DNA of 24,286 nucleotides from IMG/VR virus record IMGVR_UViG_3300033067_001258, positions 1-24,286 of that record, one strand, 5' to 3'. The notes under the pieces are model-generated. The model was not told the origin of the DNA and searched no databases. It worked only from the letters and a program-made list of their open reading frames with translations. Made by a program: the position numbers and the translations under genes. This document shows, piece by piece, positions 8,211 through 17,958 of the stretch (its first letter is position 1; every line of letters begins with the position of its first letter). Origin of the DNA: a virus. Taxonomy: Duplodnaviria; Caudoviricetes.

Positions 8211-9299
8211 TTACGGGACCGCATCGTGAACGACAACCTGCCGCTTCAGATTCGTGCAGATGAAGTTGTACATGCAGTCCCAGTCCTTCGCGAAGACGTG
8301 GGGCTGCGTGATGTCGTTCATGGGCTCGGTGGACTCCATCCACCATGCCTCGTGCACGAACGGGTTGAACACGCCGTGGTCGAGGATGTAGATCGGGTTG
8401 TACGCGAGGTTCTTCATCGCGCCGACGCCGACCACTTCGCAGCCGTCCAGCGTCACGGCGCCGGAGGTCTTGAAGGGGTTCCAGTCGCCGTTGCGCGGGT
8501 CGGGGCCGCTGTTCACCAGCTCCACGTAGTCCACGCGGTCATCGATGCTCATGTACACCTTCCGCTTCGGCTTGGCCGGATTGATGTACTCCTCGATGTC
8601 CTTGGGCGGAACGAAGTCGGTCTTGGCCAGGCCGCGCCGCAGCGTGCGCAGGGTCGTCGGATTGATGCCGCCCGACTTGCACGCCGCCCAGTTCTGCCAG
8701 CCGTCCACGACCGCGCCGTCCAGACCGGCGCACACCGTCGAAGTGGTGCCGTCCGCATAGCGGATGGTCTTGCCGCCGAACTGGCCGGTGTAGTCCACCA
8801 CGCCCGAGTCCAGGGGCTTGACCCAGTACGGCACGCCCCACGGGGTCAGGTCGTCGGTCGCGTTGTCCGGCAGCAGGAAGGCCGAGTTGTCGATCAGCTT
8901 CAGGATGTCCAGCACCGCGCCGTAGTACTGCTCCTTGAGGTAGTCGAGGATCTTGGACGCGCCCCGCATCTTGGTCAGCTGCGTGCGCTCGTAGACCGCG
9001 CGGGTGGTGGCATGGCACCACGGAGCCGAACCTTTGCGGGCAAGCTCCACTTCCTCCACGGGCCGCGTGCCGTACGGGCGGATGAACCGGGCCTGCCCGT
9101 TCGAGTTGAAGATGATGCGGAACTCGACGGAGTTACCGTCGGTCACCTTGATGCGTTCCTTCCGGAACCACTGGTCCACGACCACGAAGTTCTCGCGATC
9201 CATCACGCCCTCAAACCCGTCCCTGTTCAGGAAGTACGGGAGCGTGTGTTCGACCAGCCTGACGATCTGGGCATTGCTGATGCCTGAAGTACGGGACAT
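8211..9299 (-). CDS. Major capsid protein (HK97 fold, podovirus type)
   Basis: 362 aa, strong AAGGAG SD, highly biased codons, follows the scaffold gene. Motifs GNSVEFRIIFNSNG..YG, APW and G..KILDYLK match my recollection of the podovirus MCP family. Confidence 0.8.
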   Translation of the reverse strand: MSRTSGISNAQIVRLVEHTLPYFLNRDGFEGVMDRENFVVVDQWFRKERIKVTDGNSVEFRIIFNSNGQARFIRPYGTRPVEEVELARKGSAPWCHATTRAVYERTQLTKMRGASKILDYLKEQYYGAVLDILKLIDNSAFLLPDNATDDLTPWGVPYWVKPLDSGVVDYTGQFGGKTIRYADGTTSTVCAGLDGAVVDGWQNWAACKSGGINPTTLRTLRRGLAKTDFVPPKDIEEYINPAKPKRKVYMSIDDRVDYVELVNSGPDPRNGDWNPFKTSGAVTLDGCEVVGVGAMKNLAYNPIYILDHGVFNPFVHEAWWMESTEPMNDITQPHVFAKDWDCMYNFICTNLKRQVVVHDAVP

Positions 9300-9365
9300 A
9301 CCGAGTCACTCCTTGGGCTGGAACGACTGTGATGGATGCGGAACCACGACCGACGCCGACGCCTC

Positions 9366-10544
9366 TCAGCGACCGCTGAGAATCTTGTTGATCTCGTTCA
9401 GAGCTCCCTGATCGCCCTTCTGGGCGTTCGTACGAGCCCCCTTCCCGGGAACCGAATCGATCTCCCGGTGGTTGCGCTTGATCTGGCCACGCACCTGATC
9501 AGCGCCCTTTTGCTTGGCCTGCTGCTCGAACACGCCGGGGAACATGGCACGCGCGGCACGCGACATGAGCTCCCCGTCCGGCAGCACCCGCCCACGCTCC
9601 ACAAACGCCTCGTGCAGACGCCCCGCGGCAATCAGCACCGCATGCGCCCGCTGCTGCTGCTGAGGCGTCGCCGGAACGCCGTTGGGCCCGAGCAACGCCG
9701 ACAGCGCGGGATGCTCGGACACCAGCGCCCGGACCTGACGGCCAGCATCCACGATCGCCCGCCGACGCATTTGCGCCTGCTGCTGCGCCTTGCGCGGGTC
9801 CTGCTGCTGCTGAGGCTTGGCCTGCTGCTCGGGGGCGTCCTCGCCTTCGCCCAGCGCTTCCCGGATGCCGTCCACAAAGTCGGCCATGTCCGGGTAGTTC
9901 TGCTTCAGGGCCTCCAGCTTCGCCAGCTTCTTGGCCAGGCCCGACGCCTGGGGCTTGACTGCCTGGGGCTCCTGCGCCGCCTGCTCGGGGATCAGGAAGC
10001 CGAACGCTTCGGCGAGCTGATCGTCGTCGCCGCCGCCAAGGACCTCGCGCGTCAGAGCGTCCAGCTCGTCCTCGCCCTCGCCTTCCTGAGCCGGCGGAGC
10101 GTTGTCCTCGTCAATCTCGGCGCCGGGCTGGGTCTGCCCGTCTTCCCCTTCGTCGCCGAGCTCGAGGTCCTGCGGCTGCTGATCGCTCTCGAACTCGCCG
10201 CCGTCCTGCGGCTCATCGCCACGGCCACCGGCTGCGCCGATCACGTTCTCCACGACGTCTAGCGCCGTCGGCGCACCCTGCCGGGGCTTGTTGGCCTCAG
10301 CCCCACGGCGCACAACCGGCACGCCTCCAAAGCCGTCGCCCTCACCCTGTGCGGATCCCGCCTGCTGCCGGGTCTGCCCAGCCTGCGAAGGCGGACGGAT
10401 CGTCCGGGGCTGCGCCGACGCACCGGTGTTGCCGGTCTGGCGCTGGGGAGCGGACGGACGGGCACCGCTTCCGGTCTGCCCGCCAGAGGACGGAGCGCCG
10501 CGGCTCGCGCCGCCGCTCGAAGCATTGCTGCTGATGCGACTCAT
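9366..10544 (-). CDS. Scaffolding protein
   Basis: 392 aa; disordered G/S/Q N-terminus, very acidic middle and helical C-terminus; directly upstream of the MCP gene. Confidence 0.7.
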   Translation of the reverse strand: MSRISSNASSGGASRGAPSSGGQTGSGARPSAPQRQTGNTGASAQPRTIRPPSQAGQTRQQAGSAQGEGDGFGGVPVVRRGAEANKPRQGAPTALDVVENVIGAAGGRGDEPQDGGEFESDQQPQDLELGDEGEDGQTQPGAEIDEDNAPPAQEGEGEDELDALTREVLGGGDDDQLAEAFGFLIPEQAAQEPQAVKPQASGLAKKLAKLEALKQNYPDMADFVDGIREALGEGEDAPEQQAKPQQQQDPRKAQQQAQMRRRAIVDAGRQVRALVSEHPALSALLGPNGVPATPQQQQRAHAVLIAAGRLHEAFVERGRVLPDGELMSRAARAMFPGVFEQQAKQKGADQVRGQIKRNHREIDSVPGKGARTNAQKGDQGALNEINKILSGR

Positions 10545-10924
10545 GGGCTGGTTCCTTTCTGGGCCTTGGCCGCTTTCTCGGCGTTGCGCTCTTTCACACG
10601 CTTCACCGCTCCGGCCATCTGCTTGTACACACGCTTCTGGTGCGCGTCGTTCTTGAAGATCATCCGACCGCTGGGGGACAGCTCCGCATCCGGAACGTCA
10701 CGACGCAGCCGGTCGATGTGCTTCGGATCAAAACAAAGCTCTTGCGAAATCGCGTCCGACCCCTGCCAGTCCGGACGCGGACGCGCCGGAGCCGACGGAA
10801 CGATGGTGCATCGGTGAGCCCCGCACTTCTGACAGCGTGTTGAGTGCCGGTCAGCCACGCGCGCGAACTCATCGAACTCGTGAGAGCACGCGGGGTTCTG
10901 GCACTTGTACGCGTAGATGGGCAT
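10541..10924 (-). CDS. FmdB-family zinc-ribbon protein
   Basis: MPIYAYKCQNPACSHEFDEF...CQKCGA signature; this family is often found between portal and scaffold genes. Confidence 0.85.
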   Translation of the reverse strand: MPIYAYKCQNPACSHEFDEFARVADRHSTRCQKCGAHRCTIVPSAPARPRPDWQGSDAISQELCFDPKHIDRLRRDVPDAELSPSGRMIFKNDAHQKRVYKQMAGAVKRVKERNAEKAAKAQKGTSP

Positions 10925-10950
10925 GGCTCACCGATGCGGAGGGGTGCGGA

Positions 10951-11346
10951 TCAGACGGGGTTGGAAGCCTGCGGAGCTTCCGACACGGGCGGGTTGAGGA
11001 TGTCGCTGATGCGGGCCAGCACGTCCGAGCCGTCGTTGGCGATGTGCTTGGCCAGGTGCTCGACGGCTGCCACCGCGTTCTCCACGCGGGACACCACGTC
11101 GGTGCCGGGCACGCCCTTCGGAACGCTGTCGGGAACCTTGACGTTTTCGAGGGTGGAGAGCTTGGCCTCCAAGTCCTTCACGCGGGCAGTCAGCGCCGTG
11201 ATCTCGGTCTCGCGTGCGTTCAGAGCCTCGCCGTGTGCCGTCAGCACCTCGCTGAGCGTGCTTTCCAGATCACGCACCCGACCATCGAGCGCCTTGAGCA
11301 TGTCGAGGTGAAGCTGTTCCTGCGTCTTTTCGTCGCCTTCGGGCAT
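10951..11346 (-). CDS. Hypothetical coiled-coil protein
   Basis: ATG 11346 with GAGGA SD; heptad pattern LDGRVRDLESTL / LTARVKDLEAKL. Confidence 0.7.
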   Translation of the reverse strand: MPEGDEKTQEQLHLDMLKALDGRVRDLESTLSEVLTAHGEALNARETEITALTARVKDLEAKLSTLENVKVPDSVPKGVPGTDVVSRVENAVAAVEHLAKHIANDGSDVLARISDILNPPVSEAPQASNPV

Positions 11347-11357
11347 GGCTGGATTCC

Positions 11358-13130
11358 TCACGCTGCGCCAATCGCAGCGGTTGACTGAAGATCGCCCACG
11401 ACCTCGGACATCCGGGTCATGGGTCGATCAGGGGACTCGTTTGGTTGACGGGAAAAACGCGAGGACCGCACGGACCCCACCGCGTCAATGCCGGGCTGCC
11501 CGGTCAGAAGCTGCGCACGCGCCGCCGCCTCGGCCATCATGCCCGGGTCACGAATGAACTGCTCCGCGGTGTCCAGGTCGAACTCGTCGCGACCGACCCG
11601 GGCAATCGCGCCCAGATCCAGCATCCCGCCCGGAACCATCTGCATCGACGCCATCTGCACCTGCGTCGCCTGCAGCAGCATCGCCATGAACTCGTTGAGC
11701 CGGCGGGAACGGATCGCGTCGTCCACCTGCCGCATGGACCGGGGGACAACTTTGAACGTCGCCGCGCTCATGTCCAGTTGCATCATCTCGGGCGCGACCT
11801 CGACCGTCACCGCCCGCCCGTTGGGCAGCCGCACCGGCACCTTCTGCGTCTGCGTCGCGCCGGACTGAAGAATCGCGTAGATCCGTTGGCCGATTCCGGC
11901 CACAAACCGGTACGTCGTCGCCTCAGGGTCGCTCATCACGATCCCGGCCCGGTTGCTCTGGTCGTTGTACTGCGTCGCCGTCGGCTGCTTCTTGCTCGTG
12001 CCGCTCAGGATGTCCGTCGCCATCGCCAGATCGTGCGAGCCGATCATCTGCTGCACGAACGGATTGATCTCGGGAGAGAACCCGCCCTGCTGGATCTGGC
12101 TCCACTTGCTCACGTCGTCCACCGTGACGATCTCATCATCCTCGGCGTCGCGAATCGCCGCGATCTCCTCCTGATCCACGCCCCGCGAAGCAATCGCGGT
12201 GTTCTTGGCCCGCGCCACCTGGTCGGCCATGCGGTTCAGCGAGTCGGTCACGATCTCGGCCTGATCCCGAGCGATCGACATCCACGGCAGCCCGTACGGC
12301 TGATCGGGGATGGGGAAGAACTCGAGGAACTCGTACGGCCCGCGCCCCACGCCCGAGTACGTGTAGACCTTCAGGAAGTCGCTGGCGAACCCCTCTTCGG
12401 CGGGAAGGGTCGCGATGTACGTCACGCCGTCGCTGTAGATCGCCACGTCCATGAGCTCGACCATGTCGTCCAGCTCTTCGGACCACGAATCCATGCGCCC
12501 GGTCAGGTTGCTGAGGCGGTTCCCGTTGCTCTCGCCGTCGCCAACGGACGGAAGTCGCTCGATGATGTCGCGCCGGAACGTCCCGCGTTCCAGAAGGCTC
12601 TTGCGGCTCTCGATGTACACGTCCCCGTCAAACGCCCGCTGCTCGCGGTACCGACAGGTCACGTCCGTGACGTAGTCGTCCGGGGACACCCGGCGCAGGT
12701 AGGGCTTGGTGGTCGAATACTGCCGACCATCCAGCGCCACCCGGCCATCGTCGGCCTGCCTGCCCGTGCGGAGAATCCCGCAAGGCGAAGCCAGGGCGTC
12801 CATCATCGCCATCCGGAAGGTGTTGATCCAGCCCAGCGCGGGCATCTGCAGATTCAGCAGCGCGGCACCCACGCGGCACTGGCCCGCGAACTCAGCCGCG
12901 TTCGGCTGGATCTGGAACGTGGGCTCCTGCCCGGCCAGATAGGCCAGCATCACGCGAGCGCCACGGTTCTGCAGGTTCAGCGGACGACGCTTGCCGTCGC
13001 CGTCTCGGGCATAGTGCCTGCCCACGAAGTCCTGAATGTGCTCGCGGCGCAGACGACGCGGCGTCTCCCAGACATCGTCTGAGTGACGCTTGAGGTCGTA
13101 AATCTGCTTTGGGCCAATGGGGAGCGGCAC
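11358..13130 (-). CDS. Portal protein
   Basis: ~590 aa directly after terL; podovirus portal-like motifs RVSPDDYVTD, PDQPYGLP and TATQ. Start is probably GTG 13130. Confidence 0.85.
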   Translation of the reverse strand: MPLPIGPKQIYDLKRHSDDVWETPRRLRREHIQDFVGRHYARDGDGKRRPLNLQNRGARVMLAYLAGQEPTFQIQPNAAEFAGQCRVGAALLNLQMPALGWINTFRMAMMDALASPCGILRTGRQADDGRVALDGRQYSTTKPYLRRVSPDDYVTDVTCRYREQRAFDGDVYIESRKSLLERGTFRRDIIERLPSVGDGESNGNRLSNLTGRMDSWSEELDDMVELMDVAIYSDGVTYIATLPAEEGFASDFLKVYTYSGVGRGPYEFLEFFPIPDQPYGLPWMSIARDQAEIVTDSLNRMADQVARAKNTAIASRGVDQEEIAAIRDAEDDEIVTVDDVSKWSQIQQGGFSPEINPFVQQMIGSHDLAMATDILSGTSKKQPTATQYNDQSNRAGIVMSDPEATTYRFVAGIGQRIYAILQSGATQTQKVPVRLPNGRAVTVEVAPEMMQLDMSAATFKVVPRSMRQVDDAIRSRRLNEFMAMLLQATQVQMASMQMVPGGMLDLGAIARVGRDEFDLDTAEQFIRDPGMMAEAAARAQLLTGQPGIDAVGSVRSSRFSRQPNESPDRPMTRMSEVVGDLQSTAAIGAA

Positions 13131-13166
13131 GCGGAGAAATCCGCGCTCACGCCCTCGGGCACCCAA

Positions 13167-13194
13167 AGAGTACCAACCCCACGCCCCCCGTCAA
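13167..13194 (-). promoter_or_regulatory. Putative sigma70-like promoter upstream of the portal gene
   Basis: TTGACG (13194-13189), 16-nt spacer ending in TGG, then TACTCT (13172-13167), i.e. an extended -10 TGn. Confidence 0.45.
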
Positions 13195-15083
13195 CCAGCG
13201 CCCTTCTTGCGCACCCACTTCGCATAGCGCTTGCGGTACTCAAACGACCCCTTGGGGGGCACCCGCTCGGGGGGTTGCGTGCGGAACGCATACCGGGACG
13301 CGTACACCGCCAGCGCGTTGGCAATCACGCGGTCACCGTGGGTCTTGCGTGCGCTGGACGATTCCTCCTGCAGCGCCGCCGGCCCGCACCCGCCCGAGTC
13401 GTAGTGGATGTACCCGCGAGCTTCCTGCAAGGCAATCTCGCTGGGGTTCACGATCGCGAACCGTTCCAGCTCGCCCTTGTACTCATCCAGCAGGTCGAAC
13501 TTCTTGTCGTCGCTCGAGAACCACCCGTAGTTGTCGCTCTGGGTCCGCTTGGACCCGTACTCGTTCACCTGGCGGAACAGCCACGGATAAGCCAGCCGCC
13601 GCGCCCGCTGCCCCACGCCCAGACCGTGCCCGTTGGCTTCCCACGCCAAGAACGCAGCACCACGCGGACCGCCAAACCAGTACCCCAGCACGCAGAGCAT
13701 CCGGGCGAACTCGTCGGTGCTCATCTCGGCCGTCGCCAGCTCCGCGACAAACGTGCGGGTCTCCATCTCGAACACCGACGCCACCGAGTTGGAGGCCCCC
13801 ACCCCCTGCCCCACGTCCGCGCCGATCACGTACGTGCGGTTCTGCGCCGGTCGGTAGAACCCCCGATCGTCCTCGAACAGCTCGCACCACAGCTTCAGCG
13901 CCCCCGCCGAGTTGTCGAACAGCGCCCAGTCCCGCGCCTTGTGGTCCTTGATGGACACCTCAAGCTCCGCCTCCCCGGTGTACCGCAGGGATCCCACGTA
14001 CATCGGCTCGCAGGCGTTGGCCTTGATGTGGGCGGAGATCAGCCGCGTTGGGAAGATCACCCGCCCGGCGCCCTCGTGGTCCGCGTCGATGTTCTCGGCG
14101 ATTTCTCGCTTGGTCACCGCTCGCTTGATGCGGGCGTCACGCCATGCGGACGACACCCGGATCTGGCCCGTGTCCTCGTCCACGTACTCGTATCGCCCCT
14201 GCCCCTTCTGCGGGTGCTCATAGAACATCAGCGGCAGCACGCGCACCTTGCCCGACTGGACCAGCTCGGACCAGAACCCCGGCCCGTGCGGAGTGGAGTT
14301 GCCGATTCGGGTGGCCGTCGTGTCCGCCAATCCCTCCCAGATCACGCGGGCATCGTGGATACGCGCGATTTCGTCGATCAGTGCGGCCGTCACGCGCCCG
14401 CCGTGCCCAGCGTCGCCCGTGGTCGTGTCGCCGATGACCGTGTTCCCGTTGTCCTCGTTCACCAGCCGCATGTGCGTCAGCCGGTACTTGGGCACCATCC
14501 ACGGTGGCTGTCGCTTCAACAGGTACTCGTGCTTCTGCATGAGCGCCCGCATGTCGCCCTCGTTGTAGACCAGCTCCTCTTTGCGCGAGAGCTCGAAGAA
14601 GTTGGAGCCCTCGACGAACTGGAAGAAGTACTGGAACACCGCCACCAGCAGCCACGACGCGCCCATGTCGCGGGACTTGTCAATCGCCAGATCCTCGCCT
14701 TTGCGGATCGCATTGAACACCGCGTGGACAAACCGATCCTGACACGGCCAGGTGATGAACGGCTGGTGAACCCGCTCCCCGGTCACCGCCCGCTCCACGC
14801 CCCGCCCGTCCACCTGCTTCTGGACGTACGTGTCGCAGAAGGCGTTGAGCCAGAACAGGCACGCCTCGGGCGTGCCCTCGGACACCATCGCCTGCAGCGT
14901 CTCCCGCCACACCAGGTCGGTCTCGGCCCGCGTCAGCAGCTCTTTCCGCCAACGCAGGTTGGCGATCTTGTCCTTGGGGACCGGGATCTTCACCCCGGCG
15001 ATCTGGATGGCGTAGTCCGGAGGATGCTCCAGAGGCGCGGCGTTGGCCAATGGGCCTACGGGCTGGGCCGCTTTGAGTGCCAT
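13191..15083 (-). CDS. terL: Terminase large subunit
   Basis: Walker A KSRDMGASW, Walker B ALIDE, motif III NSTP; nuclease motifs IGADVGQG, WEANG and HGDRVIA. Confidence 0.95.
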   Translation of the reverse strand: MALKAAQPVGPLANAAPLEHPPDYAIQIAGVKIPVPKDKIANLRWRKELLTRAETDLVWRETLQAMVSEGTPEACLFWLNAFCDTYVQKQVDGRGVERAVTGERVHQPFITWPCQDRFVHAVFNAIRKGEDLAIDKSRDMGASWLLVAVFQYFFQFVEGSNFFELSRKEELVYNEGDMRALMQKHEYLLKRQPPWMVPKYRLTHMRLVNEDNGNTVIGDTTTGDAGHGGRVTAALIDEIARIHDARVIWEGLADTTATRIGNSTPHGPGFWSELVQSGKVRVLPLMFYEHPQKGQGRYEYVDEDTGQIRVSSAWRDARIKRAVTKREIAENIDADHEGAGRVIFPTRLISAHIKANACEPMYVGSLRYTGEAELEVSIKDHKARDWALFDNSAGALKLWCELFEDDRGFYRPAQNRTYVIGADVGQGVGASNSVASVFEMETRTFVAELATAEMSTDEFARMLCVLGYWFGGPRGAAFLAWEANGHGLGVGQRARRLAYPWLFRQVNEYGSKRTQSDNYGWFSSDDKKFDLLDEYKGELERFAIVNPSEIALQEARGYIHYDSGGCGPAALQEESSSARKTHGDRVIANALAVYASRYAFRTQPPERVPPKGSFEYRKRYAKWVRKKGAG

Positions 15084-15094
15084 GCGCCCCGCTC

Positions 15095-15547
15095 CTAGTT
15101 CTTGCCCTTGTCCAGCAGCCTCTGCGCCGCCGCCCCCGCCGCTGCAATCTCCGCGATCATCCGCTGATCGATGCTGGCGATCGTTCGATCGCTGCTCATG
15201 TCCACGTCCACGCGGATGGGCTCACGCCCGGAGATCCGCATCAGCACCTTGGCCGCAGCCGAGAACGCGACCTTGTCGTCCTGCGAATAGATCAGCTCGA
15301 ACATCCGCTGCACCGCGGCTTCGATGGGCGCGATCATCTCGCCCGCCCGCTTCCCGCTGGGGATCGCTCGCAGCGCCGCCCACAGCTCACGCTCGGCTTG
15401 CTTCACCGCATCCGGACGCCTCCCCGATCCGGGCCGCGCCCCGCCAGGTCCTCCCGGGTTGCCGGATGCAAAACGGCCATCATCCGCCCGCTGATCAGGC
15501 GGACGGTTGGGCTTGGGCTGGGCGGGTTTTGTCGGACGTTTGGCCAT
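15095..15547 (-). CDS. terS: Terminase small subunit
   Basis: GRFASGNPGGPGGARPGSGR motif plus helical body; directly upstream of terL. Confidence 0.8.
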   Translation of the reverse strand: MAKRPTKPAQPKPNRPPDQRADDGRFASGNPGGPGGARPGSGRRPDAVKQAERELWAALRAIPSGKRAGEMIAPIEAAVQRMFELIYSQDDKVAFSAAAKVLMRISGREPIRVDVDMSSDRTIASIDQRMIAEIAAAGAAAQRLLDKGKN

Positions 15548-16896
15548 CAGATCGGCTCACGAGGCCCACGCGTCAGGGTCCGCTGCTGCACGCGCGTCAC
15601 CCGTCCTGTCACTCCAACCTGCTCCAGCGCCGACGCGAAGCGGTTCATGTACCCGTTGCAGCCGATGGCTGAAGGGTGCACCTCGCCGCCTGTGGCGCTG
15701 GCAAGTCCCGCGATGCCGAACTCGCCCACGATCGACCCCGAGCCCGCCAGCAGCTCGCGCGACCGCACCGCCATGATCGGGCAGTCCGGAGCGCCGGAGG
15801 CCGTCACCAGCCACTCGGCGTCGTCGTCGTACGAATCGAACCGAGGATCAGTGCTGCCGTTGCCGGGGTCAGGAGCCCCGAAGATGACGATGCCAGAGAG
15901 CGTGTCACCCGCCGCCGTGGCCCGAGCCTTCGCCCGACTCACGATGTTCTGCAGGTAGGTCCGGCGCGTCGCCTGCGCCACTCCGCCGTCGTTCTGGCCC
16001 AGCAGGATGACCAGCACCCGCTTGGTGCCGGTGATCTTCGTGGCCGTCCACCACGACTCCCAGGCGCGATCGGTCACGCGCCCGGTGTACCCGCCCGAAA
16101 TCGTCGGATCGCCCGACGCCGAGGCCCACGCCCGCGAGGTCCATCCGCCGATGCTCATCGTGTCCAGGTACAACCCGCGCGGGCTGGCCAGCTCACCAAG
16201 GAACATGGCGTTCATCATCTGAAGCGACTTGCCCGTTTCGTCGTTCGCGCCGCCCTGCATCTCCATCGCGATCGACGACGTGCCGGAGCCGCAGGACACA
16301 TCGACCTTGTCCACGTACTCGTCCACGCCGCCGGTGTTCGGGCTGCTGGCATCCACCGCCGTGGTGCCGACCACCGAACCGTTGCGCTTGCCCACGAACT
16401 GCATGGCTGTCGGGCCCGTGGGCGTCCGCAGGATCAGCATCCGCGCCGTCGTGTCCGACCCACGCAGCGGGCCGAAGCCAGACCGGAACCACGCGTCCGT
16501 CGGCAAAGAGTACGAGCGGGAAAGCCCGCCAGTGAACCGGTTGGCCGTGTAGTCAAACTTCCAGAGCATCCCGACGTGCGCACCGTCAGAGTTGCCCTCC
16601 GCCGTGGCCGCAGCGCCAGGCGCGAAGTAGTTGACCGTGGCGTCCGAGGTCACGATCGAGTGATTCATCCCGGTGGCGGTGAACGGAGCCACCTGCGCAT
16701 CGTGACACGGGAACCCGTTGCACACGATGTCGATCTGCGAGGCAAACCCCAGCAGGTAAGGCACGATCGACGCATTGCCCGAACTGGTCCAGGTCGAGTC
16801 ACCGAGCCCAGTCAGGTGCAGCGCCGAACCGGGCAGCCCCGATTGAGCCGCCCGCAGCAGGTCCTTGAACCATCCGCCGTTGATGATCTTCGCCAC
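15547..16896 (-). CDS. SGNH/GDSL hydrolase (esterase) with inserted beta-sandwich domain
   Basis: Block I GLGDST, block II SIGG, block III LLGQND, block V EVHPS. Start is GTG 16896 or 16911. Confidence 0.8.
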   Translation of the reverse strand: MAKIINGGWFKDLLRAAQSGLPGSALHLTGLGDSTWTSSGNASIVPYLLGFASQIDIVCNGFPCHDAQVAPFTATGMNHSIVTSDATVNYFAPGAAATAEGNSDGAHVGMLWKFDYTANRFTGGLSRSYSLPTDAWFRSGFGPLRGSDTTARMLILRTPTGPTAMQFVGKRNGSVVGTTAVDASSPNTGGVDEYVDKVDVSCGSGTSSIAMEMQGGANDETGKSLQMMNAMFLGELASPRGLYLDTMSIGGWTSRAWASASGDPTISGGYTGRVTDRAWESWWTATKITGTKRVLVILLGQNDGGVAQATRRTYLQNIVSRAKARATAAGDTLSGIVIFGAPDPGNGSTDPRFDSYDDDAEWLVTASGAPDCPIMAVRSRELLAGSGSIVGEFGIAGLASATGGEVHPSAIGCNGYMNRFASALEQVGVTGRVTRVQQRTLTRGPREPI

Positions 16897-16927
16897 GCGA
16901 TGCCCTTCCACCCCCCCATGGCGGGGA

Positions 16928-17560
16928 TCAGATTTCCTTGAACAGAACGCCCACGCCAGTCGCCGCCGCAGTCGTGTCGGTCGTCGCGTCCACGCGCAGC
17001 TCCACCACGACCAAGGACGCGCCCTCCTTGTCCCACGACACGCGAGCCACCACGCCCGACTGCTGAAGGATGTTCACGCCGCCGCGCGTCTTGTCGGTCG
17101 TCGCGACCACCGTGTCCACCCAGCGGTAGTTGCTCGAGTCTTGGGGCTTGTACAGGCTTTGCGTGTTCACCGCGCCAGCGCCGCCGGTGAGCGTCAGGGC
17201 CAACACCAGCTCGCCCACGAACTCGGCGTTCAGGTCCTGCCTGCTGGGGTCGTCAAGCTCGTGGAGCTGCCAGACCTTGGCGTACGCCTTCTTGCCGGTG
17301 GCGTCCGATCCGTGGCGCACGATGAACCGCAGTTGAGCCAGGTCGCCCTCTTCGCAGACGAAGACAAGGCGTCCGGTGCTGCTGGCCAGAACCGTGCCGG
17401 GGGCGCTCAGCAGGTGCGTGTACAGCGAGTCGGCCGAGAACGCCGCCCCGCTGGACTGGTCGATTGTGACGATGCCGAGGCTTGGTGCACCCATCCGAGC
17501 CGGGTGCTGCGCGGTGCCGCGGAGGATACGACGCTGGCGATTTGAGGAACGAGCAGACAT
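16928..17560 (-). CDS. Hypothetical beta-rich protein, probably virion-associated
   Basis: 210 aa, GC3-biased codons, Arg-rich N-terminus. Confidence 0.7.
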   Translation of the reverse strand: MSARSSNRQRRILRGTAQHPARMGAPSLGIVTIDQSSGAAFSADSLYTHLLSAPGTVLASSTGRLVFVCEEGDLAQLRFIVRHGSDATGKKAYAKVWQLHELDDPSRQDLNAEFVGELVLALTLTGGAGAVNTQSLYKPQDSSNYRWVDTVVATTDKTRGGVNILQQSGVVARVSWDKEGASLVVVELRVDATTDTTAAATGVGVLFKEI

Positions 17561-17596
17561 GGCGCGGGGCTCCCGCGCTCACGCTCGTGTGCCGGT

Positions 17597-17626
17597 AGAG
17601 TATCGCGGTGCCAGCCCTTTCGCCAA
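17597..17626 (-). promoter_or_regulatory. Putative promoter at the head of the late operon
   Basis: TTGGCG-18 nt-TACTCT in the divergent intergenic gap; same -10 hexamer as the portal promoter candidate. Confidence 0.35.
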
Positions 17627-17676
17627 CCCTGCGGATTCGCCTTGTGCGTGCCCGTCGCCGCGCTGAGACGTGGACG

Positions 17677-17958
17677 ATGGGGGACTTGCTGCCGCTCATC
17701 GAGGAGCACTGTCGCGATCGGTGGCTCGTGCGGTCGATTCAGACTGGCGAGGCCCTATTCACGCCGCTGGGCGTGCAGGAGATCCGCAGCAACTTCGGAG
17801 CCCCTTGGCCTGCGGCGCTGGTGCGTGCGGTCGTTCCCCGAAACACGGGTGGGACTGCGGAGCGGGTAATCGCGGTCTACCTGGACGACCGGGGCAGGAT
17901 CAGCGTTTCGACGGCGAAAGCTCCGCCGAAAGGTCCTGCGTCATCCGGGGCGGGTTGA
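17677..17958 (+). CDS. Hypothetical protein (only plausible plus-strand gene)
   Basis: 93 aa, MGDLLPLIEEH...VIAVYLDDRGRISV; protein-like composition and GC3 bias; fills a gap with no good minus-strand ORF; SD is weak. Confidence 0.55.
   Translation: MGDLLPLIEEHCRDRWLVRSIQTGEALFTPLGVQEIRSNFGAPWPAALVRAVVPRNTGGTAERVIAVYLDDRGRISVSTAKAPPKGPASSGAG

Noticed and set aside
7557-8346. T7-style frameshift extension of the major capsid protein
   Set aside because: The alternative frames read as junk, I found no slippery site before the TAA, and the decoration frame has a TGA two codons upstream of its ATG.
1314-15098. Long plus-strand ORFs (1314-3482, 4510-7077, 8226-9287, 11445-13082, 13083-15098 and others)
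   Set aside because: These are R/H/P-rich antisense shadows of GC3-biased minus-strand genes, with no motifs or SD sites.
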